Of a stretch of 64,000 bases of DNA, positions 60,404 through 64,000 are shown one piece after another. Source of the stretch: Eubacteriales bacterium (GTDB lineage Bacteria; Bacillota; Clostridia; Oscillospirales; CAG-382). The stretch spans positions 3,733 to 67,732 of the forward strand of contig JAZQIW010000046.1 of assembly GCA_045541355.1 (NCBI GenBank), given 5' to 3'. The position numbers and the translations under genes were made by a program. Positions within the stretch are counted from its first letter, which is position 1, and the number at the start of each line of letters is the position of its first letter. Under the pieces are notes generated by a model that saw only the letters and a list, made by a program, of their open reading frames with translations, did not search any database and was not told the origin of the DNA.

Positions 60404-63400
60404 ATGAGAAATTTCAAGAAATTTCTTACACTCGTTCTCGCAGTAATGATGGTAGTAAGCGCAATGTCCTTCTCCACATCTGCAGCAAGAACAGTATTTG
60501 AGGACGTTGACACAGAAAACGAAGTACTCGTTGACGCTGTTGACCTTCTCAGCTACATGGAGATTACAAAGGGTAAGGACGGCACAACATTCGGTGCTGC
60601 CGAAGACGTTACTCGTGAGCAGTTCGCTCTCTTCATGTACAGACTTATGAAGGGTGGCAAGGATGCTCCTAATGACTATCCTAACACCACAAGCTTTAAG
60701 GATCTCGATGATCCCACTTACAACTATGCTATCAGCTGGGCAAACGCAGTTGGTATCGTAAAGGGTAAGTCTGAAGAAGTTTACGGTCCTAAGGACTCCA
60801 TCACACTTCAGGAAGCTTACGCAATGGTAGTTCGTGCACTCGGTTATGAAGATGCAGAAGCTCTTGCATATCCTTACGAACACATCACACTTGCTGAAAG
60901 AAAGGGTATCGAACTTGACACAGGTCTCGATTCCGACATCGACTATGAAGAAAAGCTCACAAGAGCTGACATGGCGATCATCCTTTACAACGCATTCTTC
61001 GCTGAAACAGCTGAACCCGAAATCTACACAGTAGAAAGAGGCATCGGCTACGTTGAGGGTTATGACCGTGTAACAGGCGAACCCCTTTACAGCGACTATG
61101 TACTTGAAGAATGCATCGAATACCCCAGACTTTGCGAAAAGGCATTTGGCGTATACGAAGCAACATATCAGGTAGTTGCTACTCCTAACTATGAGTATGC
61201 AGGTATGGTAAATGAGGATGACCTCGACGGTTACTATGACTTCGAAGCAACATATGATATCGGCTACGAAGCAGCTCAGGTAATGCTCACATACACAACA
61301 TCCAACGCTAGAATCAGAGAATACGTTCCCGGTATTGCTTACCTCGAACCCGAACAGCTCGGTCTCGAATCCGGCGAACTCGATGCTTGGTTCCTCGGTC
61401 ACTTCACAACATTCGTAACAATCGTTGACGAAAAGGCTGACGACAAGGAAATCGAAAAGGTTCTCTTCGCTGACTGTGACATGGTTAAGAAGACAGTTAC
61501 AGACATCGAACTCAGCGTAGTATCTTCCAACAAGGCAGATAGCTACTATGTAGACGAAAACAACGCTAAGGTTGACGAAGACGGCAACCCTGAAATCGAA
61601 ATCAACGAAGAAGGCGATCCCGTTGTTGATTACAAGCGCGGCGACAAGCTTCTCTCCGGTGAAATCGTTGCAGGCGAAGAAAAGATCTACGTTTACAACG
61701 CACCCTACAACTACACAAAGGTTTCCTACGAAGCTGAACATTCTGATGCTCTTTCCAGATATCTTGAAAGAAACAGCGACAACCTTAAGGGTATCGGCCT
61801 CCTCATGAATGAAGCTGACGGCGGCGACATCAACTACTACACAGCACTCAGCTATCCTCTCGTAACACCTATCAGCTACACAGATGAAGATGCTGAAGTT
61901 GTTAAGGACGGCTTCTTTACACAGCAGGCTATCGACCTCCTCAACGGCTACACAGTAGTAGACGACGACGACAAGATGGCAGAAGTTGGCTTCGCTGGCT
62001 TTGAACAGGTTTACTATGATGGTCTCTACGAAGCAGAACTTATCGACTGCGACGGCGACGACAGATATGAATTCATTAACTACAAGCCTTACAGCCTCTT
62101 CCAGGTTGATGCAGATGAAGAAAAGCACTTCGTTGATGACAACGATTTCGATGAAATCGCTGAAAACATCGTTGATGAAATTCCTTACATCTACACAAAC
62201 GGCGCAACAGTTACAGGTGCTTCCTTCGATAACGAAGACTACGTAATCGGTTACTATTCTGAAGAACTCGAAGTAGTTAAGGTTGTTGAAGTTATCAAGC
62301 CCACAATCGCAAAGATCAAGAACATTAAGTTCAACACAGGTAAGCTCGTACTCGGCGACGGCACAAACGTTGACGCAGTAAGCGGCTGGAAGTATGTTGC
62401 TAACAAGTTCCCCATGGGTCCCGTTATCAATGGCGACCTCGAATTCGAACTTGATGTAAACGGCGACAACGTATACGATGTATACAGCGGTATCGTATTC
62501 GACGAAGATGCTCAGGTAGCATACGAAGTAGCAGCAGGCGACCTCTTCGATGAAGACTTCATCGGTGAAGAAGTTGAGCTCTACATCTACAACGGCGTTG
62601 TTCTTCACAACAAGCCCGTTGACAAGAACCTCAAGTTCACAGAAAACCTCGTTATTCCCACAACATTTGAAGGCGAAAAGCCTGTAAGATGGGTATTCGA
62701 CAAGGATCTCGGCACAGATGTTTACTACATCTACGCATGGATCGATGGCGCTGAAAGATACATCCCCGTTGATTACGAAGATGTACTTCCCGAAATCATC
62801 AATCCTGAAGATGATGAAGACCTCACATTTGATTACGAAGATCAGCTCTGCGTATACACACTCACAGACGGTGTTTACTCCATCAAGTCTCTTGGTTATG
62901 ACATCAACGATGACTACGATGAAGATGAAGACGAAGCTCCTGAATACCTCGGCGTAATCAAGGGTACAGAAGTTGAACTCAAGGAAGAAACAGTTGACGC
63001 TGTTGAATACACACTCGAAGGCGACGACGAAAACGCTCAGTACTTTGTTCCTAGACAGGAAGGTCTCGGCCTCAAGAAGGTTGCAGGCTCCAGATTCCAG
63101 TTTGTAGACGCTGATGGCAATAAGGTTAAAGATTTCGCAACTGACGTTGAAGACGAAACAGTTGAACTCGACTTCAAGCTTGACTTCAAGGCATACACAA
63201 AGATCGTTGTAAGACAGGAAGTTGATGACGACGAATACGAATTCGTTGAACTCGACGCTGCTGACTTCACAAAGAGCATGGAAGGCGTATTTGATACAGT
63301 TACATTCATCGTATCCAATAACCCTGAAAGCGAATCCAGAGAAAACCTCGTAGTTCTCTACGCTACAACAACAGAATTCGAATTCAAGGGCACAGTTGAT

Positions 63401-64000
63401 AAGACTGCTTACAGAATCGTTTCTAACAACGAAGTTGAACAGGACGAAGAAGGCGATTGGAGAGTTCTCTACGACCTCTACAACCCCATCACAGGTAAGA
63501 AGGACGAAGCTGTTCCCGGTAAGGCTACTGCTAAGAAGGCTAACGGTCTCGACAACAGACTTGAAATCGGCGCACTCATCAACCTCGTTGATGGTATCGT
63601 TGATGACAAGACAATGGATGACGAAACTGACGACTTCAAGTATAAGGTAGCTGATATGGATACAGCAAACCTCGTATGGATCACAGAATACGACGAAGCT
63701 GAAGGCTGGATCTCCGTAGTTCCTGCTGAATCCACGGACGACGTTGAAGCTCCCGTAGCTAACGGCTGTAAGGATTGCTTCGATGAACAGCTCGAAGCTT
63801 ACGAAGGCTACTACTACGATATCGAAGGCGCTCTCGTTGACGAAGAACTCAACGAAAACGAAGGTAACTACATTACAATTGATGACAGCACAGTTATCAC
63901 AGTAATGGAAGGCGACAAGAACAACATGTTCCAGTGGGGCTCCATCGCTCTCGCTAACAAGTCCGTTCTCGCTGATCCTTCTGAAGATTACCTCTGCTAC
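60404..64000 (+). CDS. S-layer-type SLH-domain surface protein, 5' partial (continues beyond the window)
   Basis: ATG at 60404 lies 9 nt after AGGAGG. My hand translations of the 5' end and of spot-checked internal stretches contain no stop, and the ORF track lists no ORF in this frame, consistent with one ORF running past 64000. Signal peptide MRNFKKFLTLVLAVMMVVSAMSFSTSAA, then three SLH repeats (FEDVDTENEVLVDAVDLL..., FKDLDDPTYNYAISWANAVGIVKG..., ...LTRADMAIILYNAF). Codon bias is strong (ctc/ctt, aag, gaa, ggc/ggt). It is absent from the ORF track because there is no stop in the window. Confidence 0.88.
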   Translation, partial: MRNFKKFLTLVLAVMMVVSAMSFSTSAARTVFEDVDTENEVLVDAVDLLSYMEITKGKDGTTFGAAEDVTREQFALFMYRLMKGGKDAPNDYPNTTSFKDLDDPTYNYAISWANAVGIVKGKSEEVYGPKDSITLQEAYAMVVRALGYEDAEALAYPYEHITLAERKGIELDTGLDSDIDYEEKLTRADMAIILYNAFFAETAEPEIYTVERGIGYVEGYDRVTGEPLYSDYVLEECIEYPRLCEKAFGVYEATYQVVATPNYEYAGMVNEDDLDGYYDFEATYDIGYEAAQVMLTYTTSNARIREYVPGIAYLEPEQLGLESGELDAWFLGHFTTFVTIVDEKADDKEIEKVLFADCDMVKKTVTDIELSVVSSNKADSYYVDENNAKVDEDGNPEIEINEEGDPVVDYKRGDKLLSGEIVAGEEKIYVYNAPYNYTKVSYEAEHSDALSRYLERNSDNLKGIGLLMNEADGGDINYYTALSYPLVTPISYTDEDAEVVKDGFFTQQAIDLLNGYTVVDDDDKMAEVGFAGFEQVYYDGLYEAELIDCDGDDRYEFINYKPYSLFQVDADEEKHFVDDNDFDEIAENIVDEIPYIYTNGATVTGASFDNEDYVIGYYSEELEVVKVVEVIKPTIAKIKNIKFNTGKLVLGDGTNVDAVSGWKYVANKFPMGPVINGDLEFELDVNGDNVYDVYSGIVFDEDAQVAYEVAAGDLFDEDFIGEEVELYIYNGVVLHNKPVDKNLKFTENLVIPTTFEGEKPVRWVFDKDLGTDVYYIYAWIDGAERYIPVDYEDVLPEIINPEDDEDLTFDYEDQLCVYTLTDGVYSIKSLGYDINDDYDEDEDEAPEYLGVIKGTEVELKEETVDAVEYTLEGDDENAQYFVPRQEGLGLKKVAGSRFQFVDADGNKVKDFATDVEDETVELDFKLDFKAYTKIVVRQEVDDDEYEFVELDAADFTKSMEGVFDTVTFIVSNNPESESRENLVVLYATTTEFEFKGTVDKTAYRIVSNNEVEQDEEGDWRVLYDLYNPITGKKDEAVPGKATAKKANGLDNRLEIGALINLVDGIVDDKTMDDETDDFKYKVADMDTANLVWITEYDEAEGWISVVPAESTDDVEAPVANGCKDCFDEQLEAYEGYYYDIEGALVDEELNENEGNYITIDDSTVITVMEGDKNNMFQWGSIALANKSVLADPSEDYLCY

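Noticed and set aside
60338-62608. 756-aa ORF on the minus strand, the longest listed ORF in this region
   Set aside because: It lies exactly antisense to the SLH/S-layer gene starting at 60404. It has an implausible Val/Cys/Phe/Asn-rich composition, no ribosome-binding site and no recognisable motif. The plus-strand frame has a signal peptide, SLH repeats and strong codon bias.

Overview
This 64-kb window looks like chromosome from a spore-forming, SLH/S-layer-bearing Clostridia-type Firmicute. That guess rests on spoIVA, the recF-remB-gyrB block, SLH proteins and codon usage. Most of the window is housekeeping: a PrsA-like foldase, PFK, spoIVA, tagA-like, recF, gyrB, yceD-rpmF, der, an AddA-like helicase-nuclease, and infC-rpmI-rplT with an L20-type leader. 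The rest is carbohydrate and transport genes: GH2 beta-galactosidase, GH78 rhamnosidase, two GH99-like/WbsX paralogues, aldose epimerase, a zinc ABC uptake system, a TAXI-TRAP system and a Na/Pi transporter. I saw no rRNA, tRNA or CRISPR array. The stand-out is a compact 9.1-kb operon at about 26.45-35.62 kb. It encodes small and large terminase, portal-sized, scaffold-like and capsid-sized proteins, plus two large unknown proteins. It has no integrase, repressor, replication, recognisable tail or lysis genes. It is driven by one consensus promoter bracketed by three GAAC-N4-GTTC LexA (Cheo) boxes and sits between host glycoside-hydrolase genes. I read it as a candidate domesticated, SOS-wired particle or DNA-packaging system (gene-transfer-agent-like or capsid-forming satellite-like). 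A second point: the ORF track omits a large S-layer-type gene (60404 to beyond 64000, + strand) because it has no stop in the window, and lists its 756-aa antisense shadow instead. Product calls come from motifs I could read in the translations. No database search was possible.
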